Positions 33,453 through 48,350 of a stretch of DNA of 55,976 nt are shown here, piece by piece. The stretch is from NCBI GenBank assembly GCA_963575745.1, contig CAUYUJ010000120.1, positions 62,001 to 117,976 of the forward strand, given 5' to 3'. The stretch's first letter is position 1, and each line of letters begins with the position of its first letter. Under the pieces are notes generated by a model. That model was not told where the DNA came from and did no database searches. It was given only the letters and a program-made list of their open reading frames with translations. A program made the translations under genes and the position numbers. This stretch comes from Prorocentrum cordatum. Its lineage: Eukaryota.

Positions 33453-36422
33453 GGAGATCCGGGGGCGTTGCAATTTGCCCGTGCCCGGCGTTTTCGCCTG
33501 GTTTCGGGCCCCAGGACCATCTCGAAATCATCCAGCTCGACAAATGCCGCAGAAGGATGCTGGGCCTAGAACTGAGATCAATCAGTTCCAGAGCGTTTCC
33601 GAACGAGCGTTCCTGAACGATCTGAAACGGCCGCGGCGCCCAATGCATGCTGCAAGCGCGCAGAGTCTCATGTAGTTCTCATTCATACTGGTCCGATGTG
33701 GTCTCGATTCTGATTCCGTCTCATCTCGGGAGCCAGTCGTGATTTTGCACGACGTCGCACATGTCTCTCGGCCACGCACAGAGGGGGGCAGGGGGAGGGG
33801 GGAAGGCTTCTTAGAAGCGCCCCTTGCTTCTCAGAAGGCGTGGGCCTTATCTGTATCTGTAGGGCCGGCGCCTTCCAAGAAGCCTTCCCCCCGTTTTGTC
33901 CTCTGGAGGCCTCCGCCCTCCGGGAAGTTTTGCTCTCCCGGGGCCGGCCTGGGGGGACGAGGCCCTGGGCCTCGGGGCCCCACCCGTGCTGCCTGCCTCT
34001 CGCGCCCGTGCTCCCCTCCTCGGGCCTCCTGGGAGGCCCTCGTCGCTGCCGCGGGACTCGCCTACCCTGTCAGGTGGCAGCCCTGGGGAGGTCCTGGGAG
34101 TGGAGGGTTTCTCCGGAGGGCTTCGGCGACCCGTCCTCCTCCTCCTCCTCCTCCTCCTCGTCCTCCTCCTCCTTCTCCTCTTTTTCTCCTCCTCCTTCTC
34201 CTCTTTTTCTCCTCCTCCTCCTCCTCCTCCTTCTCCTCCCCCCCTCGTCGACCTCCCCTCCTCGGGTCGCCTACGGCCCCGGGGGAAGCCGTCCACCGAC
34301 GAGTACCAGATTCGGTGCCTCTCGGTTTCCCTGCCTGCGGCCCGGGGCCGCTCTCCTTCGGGGCAGTCCTCGGTCCCTGGCAGCAGGATGTGGTCCACTT
34401 CGGCTCGATCGATCCGAGTTCCGATCGGCTTCGGCCGGCCCGATCCGAGGCTCGGGCGCCGTTCCTGCTGCGCGTGGGCCTGCGCACCGCGCGCGCCCCC
34501 GCCCCAGGGGGAGCACTCGCCCTCCCTCCCCCCTGGCGGGAGGCCGCCCTGGCATGACGGGGCAGTGCCCCCACTTCCTCGCGCTGCGAAACAGAAGCAT
34601 CACGGCAGGGCTCTTGGCGACTGCTGGCCTCGGGGGGGCCCCACCAGGCCCTAGGACCGGCAGAAAGTGGCTCGGGATGCAAGTTGGCGGCGTGCGGAGG
34701 GGGATAGATGGAGCTGGGAAGGCTTCTCAGAAGCAGGGGTGCTTCCAGGAAACCTTCCCCCTACCCCTATGTGTGTGAACACATGTTCACTGGGAGACGT
34801 CCGGTGCGCCGTCAGAGACGGCGGCGAGCCTGCGGAGGGCTCGCACGATAAGTGATCTTCCAATATCTACACTTCCGCTTCCTTCTCCTGGTCTGATCGT
34901 CCTCAGCCTCCTCTCCCTCCCCAACCTCCTCTCTGTCTCTTATTCTCGTGCTCTGCCCCCTCCACAGCCTCCGCCCCCTCCTCTGGTGTCTTTGTCCTTC
35001 TTCTTTTCTCTACCCTTGTGGCTTCTTTGGCCACCTCCTCAGCCTCCTCTCTCTCCTCCTCCTCGCCCTCTACCTCCTCCACTACCTCCACCTCCTCCTC
35101 CTCCTCCTCCTCAGCGAAGACGGTTTTCGTCCTCCTGGGCCTCCTGTCCTGCGCGTGGCCGACCAGGACCGTCAACAAAACGGTTCGGCAGGAACAGCCG
35201 ATCCCTGAGGAAAGGTCTGGACCTCCTCCGGGGGAGCTCACGCTGTGACACAAGAGCGCAGCGCCGGAGCTCTGGTGGCTCGGGTGGGGCCAGAAGTCGA
35301 GTATGGGGATCGACTACAGGATTTGTTTACCCCAAAATTGTTTTTTTCGTGGAGTGTGCGAAAAATAAGTGGAGTGCTCGTAGATCCTTCACGACTCGTC
35401 GTTCATCAGACGAGAAAGTCCAGTCTGGGGTGAATCAGTTCCGTAGTCGGCCCCCTGCTCGAAGAGGGTCGAGCAGCATCGCTAATGCATCGGCGATCTC
35501 GGGCAGGGGAGAAGATCGGGATGCGGCTCGCGCCGCATCGCCGATATCCGAGCATGTTCCTTGGGTGGAGTGCGCAGGGTGAAATCTGAAATGCCGCTTC
35601 GATGGCTTTTCGAGGGAATCTGCAAAGGGCGAATCACGAGACGGATTGATCTTCGATGTGCAGACGCCCGTATGGATTTCACCCTGAACCCTCCACCCTG
35701 GGAACATGCTCGGGATATGCATCCAGAACCACCGCTGGCGCTGCGGCACGATCCCCAGGGCCCCGCCTGCCCTGGCCCCGATCTCGGGGACGGGCTGTAC
35801 CACCGGGTCCGCTCGAGCCCAGGCCGGCCAGGCCCGTGTCTCGAAGCCGGGCCGGCCGCAGAGTGCCCAGAGGCCTGGAAACGGGCACCAGTACCAACAC
35901 GTCAAGCAGTGGCGAAGCGTCCTGGCTAGCCTATAGAACGTTTCTGGGTTCTGAGAACATATCGTGGTAGGGTTATAGGAATGCCGGGACGGTCGGTCCC
36001 TGCTCAAACCCGGGCATGCCTCAACCGGGGGAAGATGATCCTAGAATTCGGTGTTCGTGGTAATACTTCGGCCGCCCGGGAAGCCAACGTCTTACCACCA
36101 CCACCACCGAGAACGGGAGAACCTTCCCTCGGTGGAGGCTCACCGCCGGTATCGGTGTTGGTGCCAATCTCTAGGCCTCCCAGAGTGGCTCCCACATCCG
36201 GGTCAGCAGGAGCGGAGGTGGGGGTCGGCTGCACGTGGCTCCCAAACTGGGCTCAGCCAGAGGGGAACTGACTGGACCGGCTGACCTCCCTTCGGGCTGA
36301 CCCCAGTGCGGCGGGTTCTCGCCACGATGACGTCGGCACTGGTTCATGTCCCTTTACAGGAGGAATATTCAGAAGTAGTACAAAAATAGTCTGGGGACGA
36401 TTTTAGATTCGTATATTTTTCC

Positions 36423-37431
36423 AATTCTTTACGCTTCGCGTATCCCCACCAGCCCATCTCACAACAGCAACTCTTGCGAAGCATGCCGACAGTCGTGTTT
36501 TTCAGGCGTGTGTCCGCTTGCCCCCGCATATCTCCCCTGTTCCTCCTTCCTCCCGCCTCCTTGTACATCCTCCTTGTGGGGGAGCGGGAGAAGGACGAGG
36601 CGGAGGAGGAGGGAGAGAAAAGCGCTCCTCGTGGTTTGAGTCGTTCGGGCTTCTCGTCCTGGTGTGAGTCGTTCGGGCCCTTCTTCCTGGTGTGAGTCGT
36701 TCGGGCTCTTCGTGGTGTGAGTCGTTCGGGCTCTTCGTCCTGGTGTGAGTCGTTCGGGCTTCTCGTGGTGTGAGTTGTTCGGGCCCCTCGTCCTGGTGTG
36801 AGTCGTTCGGGCCCCTCCTCCTGCCCGTCCAGAAACGACGCCCAGGCGAGTAGAGGGTCGTCCTGATGGGCTTTTCGGCGTCTTGGGTGCCTCGGGGGGG
36901 CCTCTTTGGGCCGTTTGGGATCCTCTTGGGGGCCTCCTGGGGGCCTCTTGGGGCCATCTTGGGGCCTCTTGGTGCCTCCTGGGCGCTTCTTGGGGCCATC
37001 TTGGAGGAAATCGATCAAAGAAGAGGGGAGCTTTAATTAGCGCTGCCCCCTCAGAAGGCCAAAATGGGGCCCAAACCTTAGTAAAATCAATGATTGTGGC
37101 TTGAAAGAAGAGGGGAGCTTTAATTAGCGCTGCCCCCTCAGAAGGCCAAAATGGGGCCCAAACCGTAGTAAAATCAATGATTTTGGCTTCAAAGATGAGG
37201 CGAGCATTTCCGTCAGTCCCCCCGTCGGGGACACGATCCTCGTGAGGGGTGTCGAATTTTAGCCCTCCCAGGGGTCGGAAAAGGACCCTCCAACCACCCG
37301 CGAAAGGCACCCTCCAGGTCCAGGGGGAGGGGGTAGGGGGAGGGGTAAACCCCTCCCCGAAGGGGAAGAAGGGGGTTGAGAACAGAAAGAGCTCGCTAAA
37401 CCACTCACGCCCAAAGGGCTGGTGGGATTTT
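36423..37431 (-). mobile_element. Family C non-autonomous element with Helentron/HINE-like ends
   Basis: SubTIR ATCCCCACCAGCCC (36442-36455) pairs with GGGCTGGTGGGAT (37416-37428). Terminal hairpin TACGC-TTC-GCGTA (36430-36442). Interior has ~7 units of 25-28 bp (36638-36815), GGGCCTCTTGG repeats and an 88-bp duplication (37017-37195). Confidence 0.75.
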
Positions 37432-38289
37432 CGTCCAAAATCCGCCTGTAGGAGGGCATGCCCGACCTATTTTTCCCTTCCTGCATCCACCCCAGAATCC
37501 CCCGACGCCATGATTTTTCGTGTCGTGGACACCCCTGGAGCTCTCGACCCCTTCCCAGGCACTTGGTGCTGCACCTCGAGTCGTCTTTTTTTGACTGCCT
37601 GGGCCTGGGGACGGCCCCCAGGGGCCAGGGAGGCTGGCGAAGACCTCCTGCGTCGTGTCTTGTCGCGCTCCGCGGGGGTTTGGGTGCATCCTTGCCTCTT
37701 GCAATTTCGCCGCCCACGACGGCCCCCCCCTGAGATCCGACGTTGCGAACATTTTTTTGCGTCGGCGGCGACGCAGAGGGGGACTGCGCTGACGATGGGA
37801 GTCTTAAACTTAGAGCGAACTGTGCCGCCATATGCAAGAGGAGGAGGGGGAAGGACGCGGCGACGCTGCGAAAACATGCAACATCGCTCTTGGAAAAATC
37901 ACGACCAGAGCCCAAGACCCCATCTTTCTGCGGGCCCCAGGCCCCGCCTTTCAGCGGCACTGCTCGAGCCAGCTCGGTCCGCGACGGTCCAGAGAGCCGA
38001 AACCCTGGCGCGAACGCCCGGCGTGAGGATCTCTTGGGCCCCTCCACCTCGCCGCGCGCCGCGTGCCACCCTCCCCGCCGCCGCCGGCCGCCGCAGCATG
38101 CGCCTGAGCCTCCAGCTGCTCGACCTGCTGCACGCGAAAGGGTGCGACGTGCCCGAGGGCGAGCAGCTATTCGCCGAGGCCTCCCCCCCTCCCCCGCCGC
38201 CCCTTCGCCGCCGCCCTCGCCCGTCGCCCGGGCGGGCTGCTGCGGATCCTTCCCCTTGAGGGGGGGGGGCGGAGCTTTTGGCACGCAGA

Positions 38290-38420
38290 GCAAAGCCACG
38301 CAATGCCACGCAGTGCTAACCAGGGCCAATCAATGCCAAGCAAGTGCCAAACAATTCCAATCAACGCCAAGCAATCTAGAGCACTGCGAAGCAATGCCAA
38401 GCAATGCGCCCATGCAATAG
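38290..38420 (+). repeat. Degenerate GCAAT/GCCAA pentamer repeat
   Basis: GCAATGCCAA variants. Confidence 0.7.
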
Positions 38421-38699
38421 GAAGTTATCCCCTAGTTGGGGTCGCGCCGGGTTCATTTTTTGGCAGGTTCTGGGGGAACCCAAACCCTACTCCCCTGCAG
38501 AAACTCCCTTTGAGGGGGGTGGGTGGGTGGTGCACAGGGGTTCCCCTAAGCGGTGACACCTAGCGCCGCTAAGGGATTGCCGCCTGGCGATGTAATTTTT
38601 CCACAGCGGGCGACTTTGTCGTGCTACTGGCCGGGGGCCATCGCAGATCCATCTGGCCTGGACACGTGCAGCAGGACGGTGGGGTCCACGGTCCTGGTG

Positions 38700-38880
38700 G
38701 TGATTGTATACGATGCTGCAGTTTTTTCCCCAGACCCTCTCGCGTCATCAAGAAATCGTCACAGACTATTTCTGAACTTTTTCGGCCTCTGTGGGTCCTC
38801 GCCGGGCCCCGGGACCGTCAAACAGCGACTTGGGATGAAAAAACTGTCCTTGGGAAGGGGTCCAGAGTTCTGGGGGTCCA
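38700..38880 (+). repeat. Dispersed repeat, paralogous to ~49575-49750
   Basis: Shared CTCGCGTC..AAGAAATC..CAGAC..CGGCCTCT..GACCGTCAAACA.CGA..GATGAAA..GGGTC. Confidence 0.7.
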
Positions 38881-38889
38881 CGTCATGAG

Positions 38890-39420
38890 AGAAGTCATGA
38901 CGTCGAGGGTCTGGGTTCGGTACGTTCGAAATGGTCACAGAAAGAAGCTAGGTAATGACGACGACCAACAGGGCTTCCTGTTGCTTTTGAACAGGAGTCG
39001 CTGTCGGTGTCGCCGCGGACCTTGCCCATTCGAGACAGAAGGCAGCCAGCCCAACCGTGGCCGCTGTCGTTTTTGGATAATTGCTGTTGGGCATCACATT
39101 CATTTTTTATGTGCACATTTCGGTTGGCTACGTCCGCATATATTCTGTTTCAGCAAGTGCACCTGTGTGGGGAGGAATTTCAGGTCCGGAGGCCTTGCAT
39201 TGGGTTCTACGTTCATATTCGTTCTGACGACTTTGATGTTCAGTGTGCAACTGGCGAGAACTGTAGATCGTATTTTTTTTTCAGTCAGACTTTGTTATAA
39301 GGCGGGTCTGACAGAGGAGCCTCACACGCCAGACTGGCTCAGCCGAAGGACGGCCGAACAGATATGAGATCGTTGGGACAGTGTCTGCTGGACGGCGCCC
39401 AGGACCGTCTCAAGATCTAA
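38890..39420 (-). pseudogene. Possible degenerate LINE ORF2 C-terminal fragment
   Basis: Across frames: VWRVRLLCQT, QSRQNEYERR and GWAGCLLSRMG (compare the WaGHv.Rm motif of RTE-like LINEs). Confidence 0.4.
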
Positions 39421-39794
39421 GGCAACATTTGATCAATGCCAGGAGTTTTTGTGACCTAGTGACAGTTTCTTTCCCATTATCGGTGCGAGACCACAGGGCA
39501 CAATGACGATGCAAAGGATGAGAGGAGAAGGTGAACGAGGATGATGAGTATTGGATCGTGGGCTTCTTCATCACAAAACACGGCCAGCGCCAGCTCTCAT
39601 TGGCTCCCGCACCATTGTCCCCAGCTTGGGAGACCAGGCCCCCTGGGACAGGGCACGTGCATGGCAAGTGCCCGCGATCGTACCTCCAGGAATTCTGGGG
39701 TCTTGTCGATCATCGTGCATGATGTCCGCTCCTTGCCGGGAGTGTCGGCGCCAATGTCCTATCTGGGCTTGCAGACCAGAGCCAGCACAGGAGG

Positions 39795-42173
<2,379 letters not shown>

Positions 42174-43564
42174 AGATACCTACGTGGCGGTTGCGTCAGG
42201 GGACGCGCTGTGTAGGGCTCTTTTATTCCCTTTTTTTTAGCTTACATTCTGGCTTGAATTAATTTTTTAGAGCCATTTTTGTGCAATTTTGCTTTGTATA
42301 TTAATTGGCTTTCTTTCCTCCCATTTTTGTTCCCCCCGATGCCGCGCATCGACGCGGAGCTCCGTGCGGCGCAATGGGGGGCTAGGGATGAAAGGAAAGC
42401 TGCGGCGAAGGTGGACAAGATGATTTCGGCGGGGCGTCCATTTGTGGAAGGGATCCGAGCTCACATGAGCACGCAGCGCTTTCGCCAAGAGCTCGATGAG
42501 TTTATCAACTCCCAGGGCGTCGGCGATATGGCCTTCATGTCCGGTCTTCACGACGAAGACCGGCATGAAGAGCTGCTTTCGCTCGTGCTGGTGCTGAAAT
42601 TCGGTGTGAGGCGGCACAGCAAGGAGAAGGCGCCGAGCCAGCCGGCGCTTGGCCTGGACGCCCCCACTCGGATGCTGGGGCAAACGTATTCCAAACACGA
42701 GCTGGAGGAAATGTGGGATACCAATCTCACTAGCCTGAAGATGCAGGCCCTCTCGACTTTTTTGGGTATCGACACGGTTGCGCCGACCCCCCGTGTGGAG
42801 GCGCAGTCGTCGGCAAGTGCATGGCTGGATGGCTCCATGCCGGTTGGCGGCAAGGGGGACGGCACCGCTCGCGATGGCAAGTCCGGCGGCAAGGGCGACG
42901 GCAAGCCTGGCGTTAAGGGCGACGGCAAGCTCGGCGGCAAGGGCGATGGCAAGCCCAGCAGCAAGGGCTACGGCAAGCCCGGCGGCAAGGGCGGCAAGAC
43001 CGCGAGGGGGAAGCGTGGCGAGAGGTTCCGCCCGAGGCTCTTTTCCGACGGCGAGAGTCCGGAGGACTCTAGCGAGGAGGAGCTGTTTGCGGGGACCGCC
43101 GATGTCGCGCCGAGCGGCGGCCCTGTCGTCCCGGGTGGTGATGTGGGGGCCAATGCGGGGCAGGACGTTCCTGCTGCGCCTTCCGCGGGCGCAGGGACCG
43201 GTTCGGGACAGGGTGCTGCTACTGTGCTGCCCGCGTGTCCAGATGCCGACGCGGGGCAGGGTGCTGGTGATGTGCTGGTCGCAGTTGCGGGGGCTAACAC
43301 GGGGCAGGATGTTCCGGCGGTTCTCCCTTCAGGCGAGGAGAACTCTGGAGGAGCTCTCCGCCTGAGGCACCACCTGGGTATGTGGCTCAGCTGCCCTAAC
43401 TTGCGGCCGCGTGAGCTCACCCGCAGGGTTTTAGACCCGGGAGCTTCTCTCCCGAAGGGTGCCCGCCCGGACTCACAGCCCGCGTCTTGCGCGCCAATCG
43501 TGGTGCTGTAGTTTGCGGGCTGGCACCGCGCAGTTCCCGAACGCCCCACTTCTCAAACGAAAAA
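42174..43564 (+). mobile_element. Retroposed insert with a 19-bp TSD and A-rich tail
   Basis: GTAGTCGTAGTCGTAGCCG is identical at 42155-42173 and 43565-43583. The insert ends ...CTCAAACGAAAAA. Confidence 0.75.
42339..43511 (+). CDS. Hypothetical 390-aa protein: helical N-terminus, GKGDGKx repeats, acidic patch, AGQ repeats
   Basis: Uninterrupted ORF from the ATG at 42339, behind a T-rich leader. About five 21-nt repeats encode GKGDGK(P/L/S). The C-terminal ~50 aa may be out of the original frame. Confidence 0.55.
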   Translation: MPRIDAELRAAQWGARDERKAAAKVDKMISAGRPFVEGIRAHMSTQRFRQELDEFINSQGVGDMAFMSGLHDEDRHEELLSLVLVLKFGVRRHSKEKAPSQPALGLDAPTRMLGQTYSKHELEEMWDTNLTSLKMQALSTFLGIDTVAPTPRVEAQSSASAWLDGSMPVGGKGDGTARDGKSGGKGDGKPGVKGDGKLGGKGDGKPSSKGYGKPGGKGGKTARGKRGERFRPRLFSDGESPEDSSEEELFAGTADVAPSGGPVVPGGDVGANAGQDVPAAPSAGAGTGSGQGAATVLPACPDADAGQGAGDVLVAVAGANTGQDVPAVLPSGEENSGGALRLRHHLGMWLSCPNLRPRELTRRVLDPGASLPKGARPDSQPASCAPIVVL

Positions 43565-44451
<887 letters not shown>

Positions 44452-46765
44452 GCGCCGCGCTGGCAGGTGGCGCGTGTCAAGTTCGGCCCGGTGCAGAGCG
44501 GTCCAGCCGCTGCGAGCGGTAGGGGCGCCAGCGCCGCGGCAGACGCCTGCTCGCAACTCCTGCGCGGCGAGACGGTCGAGCAGGTTCATGTCGACATGCG
44601 CGAACGGCTGAAGGAGGTCATCCTCGGCGAGCTGCCGTGCTCGGTCTGGCCGGGGAGCGCCGAGGTGGATGCGCTGGCGACGGAGATCAGGCGTCTGCGG
44701 GCCGAGCGAGGCTTGGCCAACCCCTTCGTCTTTTTCGAGCTGCGCCAGTTGGCCCCGGCGGCAGCCGCGGGCGCCGCAGAGGCCGAGCCCGCGGGGGCGG
44801 GGAGCGCCGCGGGCGCTAAGCAGCAGCTGTCCTGGACGCAGTGGCACTTGGCGTTCGACGGGTGACAGCTGCAATTGGCGCAGCCCATGTGCGCGCGCGC
44901 GAGCGCTGGGCGTGGCGCGACGGCGGCCGGGCGCGCCGTCGCGGCCGCGGTGACCCAGCAGCTGAACTGCACTTCGGCGTTGTGCCATAAAGCGGCCTGC
45001 CTGCAGGCCTGGCCGCCCGCTTGACTCGCAGCGCAGCGCGGCGCGCAGAGAGGTCGCCCAGGGTGCGGCGCTGAAAGATGGGCGCGCGAGTCTCGGCCTG
45101 TTCTACGACGAGACGGCGCGCCGCGCGTGGTCGGGGCGTGCTGCGGCGGGAGTCGCCGGCTTTGAGGCGCGCGCGCCTTTGCGCGCGGCCTGGGTCCGTT
45201 GTCGTCGGGCTGCCGCGCGCCAGGTGGGCGGCGCAGCGCGCGCCTTCAGCGAGGGTGCTCTCCGCGCCGCAGAGGCGGGGTATGACCGGTGTGGCGCGCT
45301 GGTAATTGCGCTGGCGGCGAGGGCGCGCCCGCGCGCGCTGCCCTCAGGTTCTCCGGGCAGTCGAGCAGGGCCGCGGCTTCAGCGCAGCCGAGCGCGGCCG
45401 AGAATGCGCGGGGGCGCGAGACGGCCAGCGGCGGGGGCCAGTGGGGCTCCTCCTGGGGAGGGCACTCGCGCGGCAGCCGCGGTGGCGCCAGCGGGGGCAA
45501 GCGCAAGGCCGATCGCTCTTGGCAGCGCCGTCGCTGAGGGGGCGCGCGAGCACATTTGATGAAACATGGGGCGCCCAAATTCGCGTTGGGCGCGGCGCGC
45601 GCTGCCTGGCCAGCGCCGATTCTAGCCCTCGCCTGCTCTAGCCCCGCAGTCCCAGCGTGGCGTGCCAAGCCTCCGCCGCCGGGGAGGCGCGGCGGGCGCG
45701 CGCGCCCACGATAGCGCAGCGTCGCATTCGCGCGTGTGTGCGCAGTTGCGCAGTGGGCGCGAGAGCTGGGGAAGCGAGCCGAGAGTTCGCGCGATGAAGC
45801 GGGCGCGGTCCCCGCTGGCGCCGCCGCCGCCCCCGCGGCGGGGGTGCAAGCGCGATGACAGGCGCAGATGTGTTCTCATGTCTGCTGCGCGTGAAGAGGG
45901 CGCGGAGGCATTTGTTGAGCCCTCCAAGCTGCGCCCGGAGGTCGCCGAGGCCATCGGGCGTGGCGGATTACAAGCGCTGCATATCAGAGCAGCAACGGCT
46001 GCAGGGGGCGCGAAAGGGCAGCTGCGCCGTGCGCAAGCGCGCGCGGCGATGCGCATGCCGCCGAGCTGCGCGCGCCGGCCGCGGCGGATGCGGCGCCCGG
46101 GCGCGCGGCTGCGCCCGTGCCAGCGAGCTCCGAGGGCGGCGAGGGGCAGGTGCTGATCTCGCGCTCCGCTGTGGTTCAGGGTTGCAAGGCCGACGGCACT
46201 TCTCGGGCGCGGTCGATGAGCGACTGCGCGGCATCCCTGGTCAACCGCGGGGCGCAGCCGCAAGAGAAGATGAGGCGCAGCGCCTTGGATGCTCTCTCTG
46301 AGGTCGCCAAACGCGCCTCTCGGGCTCGGGGCAGCGCGCGCCTGCAGCAGCGCCGCGAGTGCGCAGCGCGGGCGCTGGGCGGTGCCCTGCGCCGTTTCTC
46401 GCTGTAGGCCCATGCCGCATAGGGCCTCCCGCGCCGCGCTTCTGGGGTCGGGCGGTGCTGGGGTGGCCCCGTGTGCTGCGCGTCCTGTGCTGTGTTGGGT
46501 CTGGCCCGTCTCGATGCGCCTTGGCGGTCGTGCCTGGGGCGCGTGGTACTGGGCAGCTCCGTGTGCCATTTGTCATGTGGCTGTTCTGAGCCGGGTGCGT
46601 CCTGAAGGGCCGGGGCCGCGACGCTGCAGCTTCGTCAATCCGCGGCGCCTGCCCCGCCTGTCATCGCATCCCACTTGGCGTGCGTCTCGTTGTAGGGTAA
46701 TGGGGCAGCCACGAGACGCTCGCCCCGACGTGGTCGAGCCGTGGTGATGTGGTGCACGTGGCCGC

Positions 46766-46766
<1 letters not shown>
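44452..46766 (+). mobile_element. Decayed DIRS-like retrotransposon remnant (gag-like region + start of RT)
   Basis: Gag-like WTQWHLAFD..AAAVTQQL..ALCHKAACL..LFYDETARRAW. RT N-terminus-like SRSAVVQGCKADGTSRARSMSDCAASLVN..QEKM...LD (compare RF.V.QG.K..R.IDD..S.vN...EK). No tyrosine recombinase recognised. Confidence 0.5.
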
Positions 46767-46808
<42 letters not shown>

Positions 46809-46824
46809 CGTAGTAGTCGTAGTC

Positions 46825-46862
<38 letters not shown>

Positions 46863-47004
46863 CGTAGTGGTCGCAGTAATGTTAGCAGTAGTCGTATTAG
46901 TAGTAGTAGTCGTAGTAGTAGTAGTAGTAGTAGTTGTAGTAGTAGTAGTAGTTCTAGTATTAGTAATGGTTGTAGTAGTCGTGGCAACAATCGTAGTAGT
47001 AGCC

Positions 47005-47038
<34 letters not shown>

Positions 47039-47061
47039 TTGTGGTAGTGGTAGTGGTAGTG

Positions 47062-47094
<33 letters not shown>

Positions 47095-47277
47095 ATAGTA
47101 GTAGTAGTAGTAGTAGTAGTTGTAGTTGTAGTGGTAGTAGTAGTAGTAGTAGTAGAAGTAGTAGTAGTAGTAGTAGTAGTGACAGTAGTAGAATTAGTCA
47201 TAGTAGTCGTAGTAGTAGTAGTAGTCGTAGTAGTAGTAGCAGTGGCAGTATCAGTCGTAGTATTAGTAGTCGTAGTC

Positions 47278-47313
<36 letters not shown>

Positions 47314-47390
47314 TTATTAGTAGTAGTAGTAGTAGTAGTAGTAGTACTACTAGTAGTAGTCGTAGTAGTAGTCGTAGTAGTCGTAGTAGT

Positions 47391-47427
<37 letters not shown>

Positions 47428-48212
47428 TAGTAGTAGTAGTAGTAGTATTATAGTAGTGTAATAGTATAGTAGTAGTAAGTAGTGGTAGTAGTAGTTAGTA
47501 GTAGTAGTAGTAGTCGTAGTAGTAGTAGTAGTATAGTAGTAGTATGATGAGGAGTATTAGTATTAGTAGTAATTAAGGCGTAGTATTAGTCATAGTCGTA
47601 GTCGTAGTCGTAAGAGCAGTATTATTAGTATAGTAGTCGTAAAAAAAAAATAGTAAGTAGTAGTAACTAGTGAAGTAGAGTAGTAGGTCGATTAGTAGTA
47701 GTAGTATAGTAGTAGTAGTAGTAGTATAGAGTAGTAGTAAGTAAGTAGTAGTAAGTAATATTAGTAGTAGCAGTAGTTGTCCTGCGTCGTAGTATGTAGT
47801 TGTGGTAGTAGTAGTCAGTAGAGTCGTGGACAGTCGTCGTAGTAGGAGTCGTAGTAGGTGAGTAGTAGTCGTAGCGTATTAGTCGTACTAGTCAATCGTA
47901 TACTAGTGTGCGTATAATACATCGTAGTAGTAGTAGTAGTAGTAGTTAAAGTAGTAGTAGTATGTAGTAGTAGTATAGTAGTAGGAGTCGGTAGTAGTGT
48001 CAGTAAGTAGTAGTCTTAGTATTAGTAGTAGTAGTAAGTAGTAGTCGTCGGTAGTAGTAGTAGTAGTAGTAGTATAGTAGTAATAGTAGTGAGGTCGTAG
48101 TGCTGAGTAGGAAAGTAGTAGAAGTAACCCAAGTAGTCCGTAGTATAGTAATAGTAGTAAGTAGTATAAAGTAGTAGTAGTAAGTAGTAGTAGTAATAGG
48201 AGTATAGTACTC

Positions 48213-48294
<82 letters not shown>

Positions 48295-48350
48295 AGTAGT
48301 AGTAGTAGTATAGGTAGTGCTAGTAATGGTCGTAGGAGTAGTTGTAGTAG
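46767..48350 (+). repeat. (GTA)n microsatellite, indel-rich from ~47400
   Basis: Seen directly. Confidence 0.97.

Noticed and set aside
47400..48200. Irregular GTA region as an information-bearing pattern
   Set aside because: Random indels in a pure repeat look like low-quality consensus or ordinary decay.
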